Shown: piece after piece, positions 34,542-43,340 of the stretch
Layout of the letters: every line of letters begins with the position of its first letter
How positions within the stretch are numbered: the stretch's first letter is position 1
Assembly (NCBI GenBank): GCA_963833985.1
Contig: CAWIAD010000001.1
Location: 1,888,001 to 1,952,000, forward strand
Direction of reading: 5' to 3'
Source: an uncultured Planctomycetaceae bacterium
GTDB lineage: Bacteria > Planctomycetota > Planctomycetia > Isosphaerales > Isosphaeraceae
DNA: 64,000 nt
Made by a program: the position numbers and the translations under genes
Notes under the pieces: generated by a model
What the model was told of the DNA's origin: nothing
What the model saw: only the letters and a program-made list of their open reading frames with translations
Database searches by the model: none

Positions 34542-35066
34542 TCAGGTCGCGTCCAGAAGCTTGAGTGCTTGCTCGATCTCCCACCGCCACCGGGCGCCGG
34601 ACTCCAGCTCCAGGCACTGCCGGAAGGCCCGCCGCGCCAGCGCCGGCTGGCGCAAACGAGCATGCAGCGTTCCCAGTTGCAACAACGCGTCCGCGTCGTT
34701 CTCGTCGATCGTCAGGATCTGCTCGAGCCGCTTCCGAGCGTCGTTCCAGCGGCCTTGCAGATACGCCTCCTGAGCATCGCGGAAGAGCCGGTCAATCTGC
34801 TGGCGAAACCGCTCGGGATGGCACAGCCAGACCCACCAGACCGTGTAACCCAGACTGGCGGCCCACGTCATCGCGGCCAGTAACCCGAAGCCACCAGCCC
34901 AGCCGGCCCCGAACGCCTCGGTCCAGACCCACCGGGCCACGATGGCCAGCTCCAGGGCCGTGGCGAACAAGAAGCCCAGAATGAGCCCGAGAACCTCTTG
35001 CCCGGTCCAGATCTGAGCCAGGCCAGGCCAGATGGCCAGTACGCCAATCCATGCACGCCTTGGCAT
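34542..35066 (-). CDS. Membrane protein with C-terminal TPR
   Basis: WPGLAQIW, three TM segments, TPR-like AYLQGRWNDA…DADALLQLG. Confidence 0.75.
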   Translation of the reverse strand: MPRRAWIGVLAIWPGLAQIWTGQEVLGLILGFLFATALELAIVARWVWTEAFGAGWAGGFGLLAAMTWAASLGYTVWWVWLCHPERFRQQIDRLFRDAQEAYLQGRWNDARKRLEQILTIDENDADALLQLGTLHARLRQPALARRAFRQCLELESGARWRWEIEQALKLLDAT

Positions 35067-35157
35067 GCCCTTTCCCCTCTGAACCGAGCAATTCCAGGAG
35101 CACGAGGTAATGCGTGGTTCCAAGCATGAAGTGTGCCGGGTGGCGGGACCTTGCCAG

Positions 35158-36504
35158 CTAGCGCAGCAGCTTGTCGCGCAACTGCCGGCTCAAGGCTTTG
35201 AGCCGGTCGCGGTTGTCGGGCCTGATCAGCTGCTCCAGGGGCACACCGCGAGCCGTCGCGGAGGAAGCGGCGGTGACACTGACCCGGTCCACGGTTCCGG
35301 ACAATCGCAGAAACGCCAGGGAATCGAGGTCGAGGTCCAGGTCGTTGACGAACCTGCGTGCCTGCTCCGGGATGCGCTGGGCCAGGCCCGCGAGCCGCAC
35401 GCGGTAGTCGAGCCGGCCGTCAAAGTCGGTCCAGCCCGCGACCTCGACGGGAACCCGCCCGGCCGTGAGCGTGAGGTGGTCCGTGCGGATCCGACCCTCT
35501 TCGACCACGAAGTCAGACCGGATGGAGGCGAACCTGTCACCAGCCGGCAGCGCCGCCAGCCTGGCGACCTCCGCAAGCAGCGGGGACCCGCCCAGTTGTA
35601 CGGGGTCGAGCACGACCTTGCCCCGCCCGACGAGTGATTCCTTCAGAAGGTCCGGGCGAAAGCCCCGGCCTCGGAGATAAACGTCCAGGTTCATCCGCCC
35701 CTGGAGCTCGCCACTGCTGCCGGCGAGCACCGGCACCAGGTAGCGGAGCAGCTTCATCTCCGGCTCGAGCGCGACATCGGAAGCTCGAAACTCGCCCTCG
35801 AAGCTGGGTTGAGCGCCGAAGCGGTCGAGACGGCCCGCGAACTGGAACGAGCCGTCCATGAGGCGCCCGGAGAGCGTTGCGGCAAAGGAGCCCTGGCGTT
35901 CGCACCTGGCGTCTCCTTCGACGTCCTCGAAGACGAGCTGCGTGTTGCTGGGCCGGTCCGTGACCAGCACGCGGGAGCCGTGCAGAGTGACCTGAAGCCG
36001 GCACGTCTTCTCTGGACGAGTGCCTGCCTCCGAGGATGACGACTTGCCGCGGTCCAGGCGGACCAGGTCCGCCAGCTCCAGCGACCCATCGTCCCGGCGC
36101 AGCACGCGCAGCGTGGCGGCCTCAACCGTCACGTTGGCTGGCTCGCAGTGGCCCCAGAGGAGCTCCCAGGGGCTGACATCCATCTGGAGCCGCCGCACAT
36201 CCAGCCACGGATCGCCCACCGAACCAGGCGCGCCGATCTTCAGACCGCGGAGCGTGATCCCGCCATTCAGGCAGACGTCCAGCCCGTCAATCTGCACGCG
36301 CCGGCCGCTGGCTCGCTCGATCCTGGTGGTCAGGTGTGACCGCGCCCAGTTCGTTGGTGCCACCAGGACGATCAGGAGCCAGAGGAGCGGGGGTGTGAGC
36401 ACGAAGCCCAGGGGAACGGCCATCCCCAGCCAGCAGATCCGGCGTCCTTTCACGGGAATCCCTCCGCTGATTTCGCGGATCAGGCGATAGGTCCGGGCCG
36501 ACAT
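35158..36504 (-). CDS. AsmA-like envelope protein
   Basis: N-terminal TM, ASGRRVQID, beta-rich body, C-terminal GWTDFDGRLDY…LSGTVD. Confidence 0.7.
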   Translation of the reverse strand: MSARTYRLIREISGGIPVKGRRICWLGMAVPLGFVLTPPLLWLLIVLVAPTNWARSHLTTRIERASGRRVQIDGLDVCLNGGITLRGLKIGAPGSVGDPWLDVRRLQMDVSPWELLWGHCEPANVTVEAATLRVLRRDDGSLELADLVRLDRGKSSSSEAGTRPEKTCRLQVTLHGSRVLVTDRPSNTQLVFEDVEGDARCERQGSFAATLSGRLMDGSFQFAGRLDRFGAQPSFEGEFRASDVALEPEMKLLRYLVPVLAGSSGELQGRMNLDVYLRGRGFRPDLLKESLVGRGKVVLDPVQLGGSPLLAEVARLAALPAGDRFASIRSDFVVEEGRIRTDHLTLTAGRVPVEVAGWTDFDGRLDYRVRLAGLAQRIPEQARRFVNDLDLDLDSLAFLRLSGTVDRVSVTAASSATARGVPLEQLIRPDNRDRLKALSRQLRDKLLR

Positions 36505-36710
36505 GGCCCACGCTCAGAGCCGGCCCACGCCGTGCGCGTGGTCCTTTGCGTTCTTCGTGCGCGAACCATACTCCGGCAAGCGGAATTGGGCAAGGACAGC
36601 TTCCCCCTCATCCAGCGCCGGCTGCCTCGTCTTCGCGCACGCACCCGCCGCTGGCCGCAACGTGCTGCACCGTGGTCGCCGGCCGCTTGTTCCATCGTGC
36701 CAGCAATCCT

Positions 36711-36927
36711 GCATGGCGCGCCAGCGCCCTGGAGTCCGCGGCGCATGGCCACGCGCGTCAGCGCCTCGGAGTCCGCGGCGCATGGCCACGCGCGTCAGCG
36801 CCCTGGTCTCCAGGGCGTATGGCCACGTGCGCCAGCGCTTTGGAGTTCGCGGCGGATGGCCGCGTGCGCCAGCGCCATGGACTCTGCGGCGCATGGCCAC
36901 GTGCGTCAGCACGTGGTTTTCACGGGC
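36711..36927. repeat. 37-bp tandem repeat, about 6 degenerate copies
   Basis: Consensus GCATGGCCACGYGCGYCAGCGCCCTGGAGTCCGCGGC; units start at 36743, 36780, 36817, 36854, 36891, plus a shortened copy at 36711. Confidence 0.92.
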
Positions 36928-37319
36928 GCAGCCTCCAACCTCGGGCGTGAGCCCGACCAGGATCCAGCTTCAGCCCCACCAGCTTGTTTCGTTCGCTCAT
37001 CACACACCCCACCAGCCATGGAGAGCCGCCCGGCGAGAACCCCTGTTCCAGCCCCGCGGTGCGCTGCGAGCACCGCACGCTGCCGGTCGGTATGAAGAGA
37101 TGCTCCGATCCGGTATGCTGGAGTCGGTCATCACGGCCGGTGGGGCGCTCGCCCCGGTCGGCGTGATCGAGAGCGCGTTCCAGGCTCTCCGCCAGGGGAA
37201 CTGGCCTCGAATACAACAGGTAGGGTCGCAACGAGAATCCGGCGGTTCAGTGCGGATGTAAGCCTGTTAATCTTCGTTTTGATGACACCACCTTCCATGA
37301 TACAGAGGAGGTTTTTCAC

Positions 37320-37472
37320 ATGCTCTTTGCCTATGTTGGTCCCGAGACGATGCTTCCAGTGGCCTCGATCGTGGCGGGGGCTGTCGGAGTTTTATTGATG
37401 TTCGGGCGTAATGTGATGATGATCGGGCGCAGGATGGTCCGGAACGTCCGCGCGCTGGCAAGCCGCAAATGA
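37320..37472 (+). CDS. 50-aa single-TM microprotein, absent from the ORF track
   Basis: GAGGAGG RBS; MLFAYVGPETMLPVASIVAGAVGVLLMFGRNVMMIGRRMVRNVRALASRK. Confidence 0.72.
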   Translation: MLFAYVGPETMLPVASIVAGAVGVLLMFGRNVMMIGRRMVRNVRALASRK

Positions 37473-37802
37473 ATCTCCATTGCCTGGCAATCGAGGCCGC
37501 CGCTCGCTTCCACGGCTCAAGACCGCCATCTTCGCCTTGATGAATCGCTCGGTCCGCTGGTCGCGGCCACACCCGGACACCCGGAAACGATCCCATCGGG
37601 GTTACCTGCCCGTCAGGCTGTTTCCCGCCTTGCTGAGCATCTCCGACGAGAGCTTCGGGTCGTCGACAATCCGCCCCACCGTCACCGCACCGATCCGCGC
37701 CCAGGCCGTAACGGGGCACGGCGTCTCGCGTCCCGCGCGGGCCGCAAGCAAACAAGCAAGCAGCGCCGCGGCACTCCGGCGCACGTGCTTCAAGGCTCTT
37801 GC

Positions 37803-40130
37803 TCAGCTCCAGGGCACAGAGGGGAAGCCCGCGCTCGCCAGGAAGGATTGCAGCTTGCTCAGGTCCACGGGTTTGACCAGGTGGGCGTCAAACCCGGCCT
37901 CCCGCGATTGACGTCGGTCTTCCTCCTGCCCATAGCCGGTCATGGCCACGAGCAGCAACGTCTCGCGTGCGTGCTGCCCGCGCAGGCGGCGCGCCACTTC
38001 ATGCCCGTCCATGCCAGGCAGGCCGATGTCGATGAAGACGATTTCCGGCCGGTGCCGCTCGACGGCCTCGATCGCCTCCGGGCCGTCATGGGCGACGTTC
38101 ACCTCATGCCGTTGCAGTTGCAGGAGCATGGCCAGGCTCACCGCGGAGTCCACGTTGTCATCCGCGATCAACACCCGGCGATGTGGGGCCGGGGGAATGT
38201 GTCGTTCCCCCCCGCACGGCTCGCCGGTCGGCACCGCCAAGGTTTCTGCCTCCGGCAAGGCTGGGAGATGGACGACGAACTCGCTGCCGCGGCCCGGTCC
38301 CTGGCTCGCCGCGGTCACGGTGCCGCCGTGCATCTCCACGAGGCTCCGCACGAGCGTGAGCCCGATGCCCAGGCCGCCTTCGGCCCGGTCAGGGCCTCGC
38401 TCCGACTGGACGAACAGGTCGAAGATCCGGGGCAGCAGGTCGGGCCGAATGCCGGTGCCACTGTCGCGGACGCGCAGCACGGCACGATCGTTTTCGCGCC
38501 CGGCCGTCAGCCAGATCCGGCCCCCGGTATCGGTGTACTTCGCCGCGTTGGTCAGCAGGTTGCCGAGGATCTGGACCAGCCGGGTAAGGTCCCCTTCCAG
38601 CTGGATTGGCCGGGAATGCACGGTCAGAATCAGCTCGTGCTTCCGTACGTCGATGAGCGGCCGAGCGTTCTCGATGGCCCTGATGATGACCGTGGCCAGG
38701 CTGACCTGCTCCTTCCGCAACTGGACCTTGCCGCGGCTGACCCGGGAAACGTCCAGCAGGTCGTCCACCAGCCGGGTCATGTGCTGCACCTGGCGGTCGA
38801 TCATCTCTCCCGCCTGCTCCACGGCCGGTCTCTGGCTCCCGGCCAGGCGGATGATCTGTACCGCGTTGCGGATCGGCGAGAGGGGGTTGCGCAGCTCGTG
38901 GGCCAGCATCGCCAGGAACTCGTCCTTATGCCGGCTCTCTTCCCCGAGTTCCTCGGCCCGCTGCCGCAGGACCTCCGCCAGCCGCTTGCGCTCCGTGATG
39001 TCCATCGACACCCCACAGATGGCGTAGGGAGTACCGAGCGCGTCCAGGAACGGGACCTTGACCGAGAGGTAAACGTGGATTTCCTCGCCGTGCGGCACGA
39101 ATTCCTCGAATTCCAGGGGGGTTCGCGCGGCCAGGACCTTGCGGTTGTTCTCGCGGTGGGCGGCCGCGATCGGCTCGGGAAAGACTTCCTCCAGCGGCTT
39201 GCCGGCAATCTCTTCGCTGGAAACGTGAAAAACGGTCTGAAATCGTTGGTTTACAAGCACGAAGCGGCTCTCTGTATCCAGCACGTAGATGGACGTGGGG
39301 GTGTTATCGAAGACCGCCCGGAACCGTCCTTCGCTCTCGCGCTGTGCTTTCTCCGCCAGCCGGCGCTCGGTCACGTCGCGAAAGACCAGCACCACTCCCA
39401 GGAAGGCTTTCTCGGCGTCGCGGATCGGCGCGGCCGTGTCGTCGATGGGCCGCCGGGTCCCGTCTCGGGCGACGAGGATCGTGTGGTCCGCCAGGCCGAC
39501 GGTGACGCCCTCGCGGATCACGCGGCCCGCGGGGTTCTCGGCCGGCTCACCCGTGGAGGCGTTGACAACGCGGAACACGTCATCCAGGGGCTTTCCGACC
39601 GCCTCCTCCTCGGGCCAGCCGGTGAGGGCCTGCGCAACGGGGTTGATGAAAGTCACTCGACCCAGGGGGTCCGTGGCGATCACCCCATCGCCGATACTGC
39701 TCAGGGTGACGCGCAGCAGCTCCCATTGCTCGCGGGTCCGGCGCTCGGCCGCGCGCATATGTAGCAAGGACTGCACGTTGGCCAGCAGCTCGAGCGGTTC
39801 CACCGGGTATGTCAGGTACCCATCCGCGCCCCCCTCGGGCCCGCGCACCCGGTTCTCCGTCTCGGAGAAGCTGGCCGACAGATGGAGCACGGGAATCGAG
39901 GACGTGAGGGGGTCCGCTTTGATCTTCTGGCAGACCTCGTAGCCGCTCAGGTCGGGCAGGCCGATGTCAAGGATGACGAGATCCGGCTTCTCCGCCGCCT
40001 GGCGCAGGGCGTCCGTCCCGGTGGTCGCCTCCTTGACGTCATACCGTGCCTTCTGCAACATCCGGGTGATGGTGTACCGGGACCCCGGCTGGTCATCGAC
40101 CACCAGGATGGTAAGCGACTTGCTGGACAC
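37803..40130 (-). CDS. Hybrid sensor histidine kinase (REC-PAS-PAS-HisKA-HATPase-REC)
   Basis: ILVVDD…LDIGLPD, two PAS blocks, LAHELRNPL, NLLTNAAKY, GLGIGL, C-terminal REC domain. Confidence 0.93.
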   Translation of the reverse strand: MSSKSLTILVVDDQPGSRYTITRMLQKARYDVKEATTGTDALRQAAEKPDLVILDIGLPDLSGYEVCQKIKADPLTSSIPVLHLSASFSETENRVRGPEGGADGYLTYPVEPLELLANVQSLLHMRAAERRTREQWELLRVTLSSIGDGVIATDPLGRVTFINPVAQALTGWPEEEAVGKPLDDVFRVVNASTGEPAENPAGRVIREGVTVGLADHTILVARDGTRRPIDDTAAPIRDAEKAFLGVVLVFRDVTERRLAEKAQRESEGRFRAVFDNTPTSIYVLDTESRFVLVNQRFQTVFHVSSEEIAGKPLEEVFPEPIAAAHRENNRKVLAARTPLEFEEFVPHGEEIHVYLSVKVPFLDALGTPYAICGVSMDITERKRLAEVLRQRAEELGEESRHKDEFLAMLAHELRNPLSPIRNAVQIIRLAGSQRPAVEQAGEMIDRQVQHMTRLVDDLLDVSRVSRGKVQLRKEQVSLATVIIRAIENARPLIDVRKHELILTVHSRPIQLEGDLTRLVQILGNLLTNAAKYTDTGGRIWLTAGRENDRAVLRVRDSGTGIRPDLLPRIFDLFVQSERGPDRAEGGLGIGLTLVRSLVEMHGGTVTAASQGPGRGSEFVVHLPALPEAETLAVPTGEPCGGERHIPPAPHRRVLIADDNVDSAVSLAMLLQLQRHEVNVAHDGPEAIEAVERHRPEIVFIDIGLPGMDGHEVARRLRGQHARETLLLVAMTGYGQEEDRRQSREAGFDAHLVKPVDLSKLQSFLASAGFPSVPWS

Positions 40131-40135
40131 GCCTA

Positions 40136-41368
40136 GTTGTCTCCGGACATAAGTAATGCCTGAAATTCATCGAGCGTGTTCAGCGAACCATCGGCGCATT
40201 TTTTGATTCGTCCACGTCCATTCGACAGGATGGGCGTAGCGCTTGTTGTACTCCGGCCACGAGGTGGCAATATGGGCGATGAACTCCTCCCGATTACTCC
40301 ACGACTCTCGTCTCAAGTAGTGGTATCCGAAGGCGTTGTTGAGGATCTCGGCCTCGTCAAGCCAGGACGCATGGGCCGGCGTGAACCGGGGACGCCACCA
40401 CCCGCGACAGGACCGCAGATACTCTTGCGTGAGTTTTGCCGTGTGGCTGGGTCGCCGTCGTGAACCAGGTACACGCCGCGAAGGTGATGATGACGACTGC
40501 GGAACCTCTTCAATTCTTCGATATAGTGCATCGCGTCCTTCGTCTCGATGCACGTCGCTTCCATCAGACCGCTGTGAACGATCAGGAAGTTCAGAATGTT
40601 GACCGTTCCATGACGAGTGTACTCGAACTCTCGCTGCTCGATCGAGCCGGGGATCGCACGACGAATCGGGTGGCGTTCGAGAACCTGATGGTTGGGTATC
40701 TCATCGGCGCAGATGACGCAATAGCCCTGTTTGGCGAGGCGGTCAGCATTGGCGTAGCACCAGAGGACCTTTTCAGCCCGTTGCTTGAACTGGGCATCCA
40801 GGCGAGCCGTCCTCCAGTAGCGAGTCCGGTGAGGTTGCAAGTCGACCTCGTGCAAGATCCGGCGGACCGTCCGCTCGCTGATAAACGGCACAATACCGTT
40901 GGCGACGGCCTGTCGAGCCAGGTCCTGGCTCGTCCAGTGGGTAATGTGCAGACCCTCGGCCACGGGCTCCAAGCAGGCCAGCTCGACGATCTGAGCACGT
41001 TGCAGGGGGGGAAATCGCAATCGGACGTCCCGACCGCGTGGGTGGGTCCAGGAGGCAAGATAACCCCAGGTGTTCGTAACGGCGGCAGGTGCGACGCACG
41101 GTGGATTCGTCACATTGAGTCAAGAAGGCCACGAGTTGGGTCCGGGCCCCATGAGCGATCCCCAAGAGGATACGGGCACGCCGGACTTGATACCAAGGCC
41201 GGACCTGGCTGTTTGCGATCTGTTGAAGCAGCGGTAGATCGGCAGGAGCAATCTCGATCGGACGCGGTTTTCGGCCACGCATGGGCTAAACTCCTTGCTG
41301 AAAGAGGACTCGTCTTCCAGCATAGCAGTGGCCCTCCAATTTCGGGCATTACTTATGGCCAGGGACAG
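40136..41368 (-). mobile_element. IS630-family insertion sequence
   Basis: TIRs TGTCTCCGGACATAAGTAATGCCTGAAAT and revcomp TGTCCCTGGCCATAAGTAATGCCCGAAAT; TA at 40134-35 and 41369-70. Confidence 0.88.
40167..41282 (-). CDS. IS630 transposase in three frames
   Basis: HTH …RSGRP; ICADE, EYTRHGT, HDGDP, FTPAHASWLDEAE; shifts at TTTCCCCCCC (about 41005-41014) and near 40450. Confidence 0.85.
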
Positions 41369-41418
41369 TAGGGCGGGTTGAACCCGCCAGGGGAACTGGT
41401 GGGTTTCACCCGCCCTAC
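41368..41418. repeat. GTAG-type REP doublet (REPIN-like)
   Basis: GTAGGGCGGGTTGAACCCGCC-aggggaact-GGTGGGTTTCACCCGCCCTAC: two inverted GTAG+hairpin units. Confidence 0.75.
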
Positions 41419-41458
41419 GAATGCAATCATGTTCGCGCATTCGCGTGCAAGGCCGGCG

Positions 41459-41602
41459 CCGCAGCGCCGGCGACGCATCGGCCAGGGCCGCGTCGGGCAC
41501 CAAGAACGAGTCTTCCAACAGTTTCTCGTCGTCCTTGAACAGGTCCGGGAACCGCCGGCCCGGCAGAAACGTCACGGCGAAGACCACCAGACACGCGGTC
41601 TG
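41459..41602 (-). pseudogene. Orphan 3' remnant of a TIGR03032-family gene
   Basis: QTACLVVFAVTFLPGRRFPDLFKDDEKLLEDSFLVPDAALADASPALR aligns without gaps to 43413-43556 (ETAVQEVFAVTVLPGRRFPELINDDEQLLENSFTVPDATLADVSAALR). Confidence 0.85.
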
Positions 41603-41632
41603 GGTCAGTGAATCTGCCGGGCCGGGGAAATC

Positions 41633-43297
41633 TCACGTGCCGATGAAGATGTTGTTGGAGCCGGTCGTGGCCTTGTTGCCCTTCACGTTCGTGTTCGCGA
41701 GAGTCAAGGTGGTGTCGAAGGCGTAAATCCCTCCGCCCTCGCCATCCACGGAGCCGTTGGCCTGGTTCCCGTTGATGTTGGAATTCTCCACGTCCACCGT
41801 GCTGTTGAGGGCATAGATCCCGCCCCCGTAGGCATCTACGCCGTTGGCCTGGTTGGCGTTCACGTTGTCATTGTTCAGCGAGAGGGTAGTGTTTTCACAG
41901 TCGATCCCGCCGCCCAGGGCGGTCCCGGTCGAGTTGACCCGGTTGCTATTGATGTTGGAATTGGTGATCGTCGCGCTGCCGCCGGTCGTGCAGATGCCGC
42001 CGCCCGCGTAGGTCGCCGTGTTCTTGTTGATGGTGCTGGACGCGACATTCAGCGTGGCCGTGCCACCCGTGCTATACAGGCCGCCACCGTCGTTGTTGGC
42101 GGAGTTGCCGGTGATGGTGCAGTTGGTCAGCGTGGCTGTGCCGTAGAAGTTGAACACGCCGCCGCCGTCGCCGGCGGAGTTGCCGCTGATGGTGCAACTT
42201 TCCAGCGTGCTCATGCAGCCGTAGCCGTTGTACACGCCACCACCGGAGTTGCCGCTGATGTTGCAGTTGGTCAGCGTGGCCGTGCCACCGGATACGCCCA
42301 CGCCGGTGCCGGCGTTGCCGCTCACGGTGCAGTTGGTCAGCGTGGTCGTCCCGCTAGGGTTCGCCAGACCGCCGTTGGCGTTGCCGCGGATGTTGCAGTT
42401 AATCAGCGTGGCCGTGCCGTAGTTTTCCACGCCGCCGGCGCTGATTACGGAGGCGTTGCCGCTGATGGTACATTTGTTCAGAATGACCGTGCCGCTGTTG
42501 AACAGGCCGCCGCTGGCGAATCTGTCGTAGTTGCCGGTGATGGTGCAGTTGGTCAGCGTGGCCATGCCAGGGCCTACGCCCACGCCCACGCCGGCGTTGC
42601 CGCTGACGGTGCAGTTGGTCAGCGTGGCCGTGCCACCGCGGATGTCCACACCCTCGCCGCTGCCGTAACTGGTGGTAGTGCCGTTGAAGGTACAGTTGGT
42701 CAGCGTGGCCGTCCCGTCGCTTGACACGCCGGCGCCGACGTTGCCGCTGACGGTGCAGTTGGTCAGCGTGGCCGTGCCGGTGTAAGTGTTGAATACGCCG
42801 CCGCCGCGGAAGGCGGCCGAGTTGCCGGTGATGGTGCAGTTGGTCAGTATGGTCGTGCCGCTGTTGTACAGGCCGCCGCCATAGGAGAAGCCGACGCTGC
42901 CGCCGGTGATCGTCATGCCCGAGATCGATGCGGTGACAGCGCCGTCGACCTGCAACACCCGGCTGTTCCCGCCGGCGTTGACGGTCACGCCCTTGTTCGG
43001 GCCCACGATCGTCTCCGTCCCGGTCGTGTCACTCAGCTCGAGCTGGCCACTGGTCAGGGAGATCGTCTGCGGCGTCTTGAATACCTTCTTGTCAAAAACG
43101 ATCGTCTCAGGGCCCCCGGCGGAATTCGCCTGGGTGATGCAATAGCGCAAATCGCCGACCAGACCGCTGCCTGTACCGCTGTCGCCGATGCTGTTGACGG
43201 TGTACGTCGACAGCAGTTGGCGGCCCTCGAGCGCCATCAAATTCGGCCGCAGACGCCGCCGGTCCCGTCGCCGATCGCTTGCACTGATTCGAGTCAT
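41633..43297 (-). CDS. Planctomycete LEPR-XLL-type surface protein with right-handed beta-helix repeats
   Basis: Arg-rich leader + LEGRQLLS; LRYCITQAN; many ATLTNCT(I/V)SGN…GGG repeats. Confidence 0.85.
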   Translation of the reverse strand: MTRISASDRRRDRRRLRPNLMALEGRQLLSTYTVNSIGDSGTGSGLVGDLRYCITQANSAGGPETIVFDKKVFKTPQTISLTSGQLELSDTTGTETIVGPNKGVTVNAGGNSRVLQVDGAVTASISGMTITGGSVGFSYGGGLYNSGTTILTNCTITGNSAAFRGGGVFNTYTGTATLTNCTVSGNVGAGVSSDGTATLTNCTFNGTTTSYGSGEGVDIRGGTATLTNCTVSGNAGVGVGVGPGMATLTNCTITGNYDRFASGGLFNSGTVILNKCTISGNASVISAGGVENYGTATLINCNIRGNANGGLANPSGTTTLTNCTVSGNAGTGVGVSGGTATLTNCNISGNSGGGVYNGYGCMSTLESCTISGNSAGDGGGVFNFYGTATLTNCTITGNSANNDGGGLYSTGGTATLNVASSTINKNTATYAGGGICTTGGSATITNSNINSNRVNSTGTALGGGIDCENTTLSLNNDNVNANQANGVDAYGGGIYALNSTVDVENSNINGNQANGSVDGEGGGIYAFDTTLTLANTNVKGNKATTGSNNIFIGT

Positions 43298-43340
43298 CGT
43301 TGTCTCGCTCCCCTGGTGAGAAAACACCGGTTTCAGATCG

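Noticed and set aside
36711..36927. CRISPR or TIGR-type guide array
   Set aside because: Units abut with only scattered substitutions; there are no unique spacers and no cas or Nop-domain gene in the window.
36503..37261. ORFs spanning the tandem repeat
   Set aside because: The 37-bp period breaks frame, and the translations are low-complexity Arg/Ala/Pro in all frames.
37480..37800. Short minus-strand ORF or pseudogene downstream of the hybrid kinase
   Set aside because: No recognisable motif, and it is interrupted by a stop.
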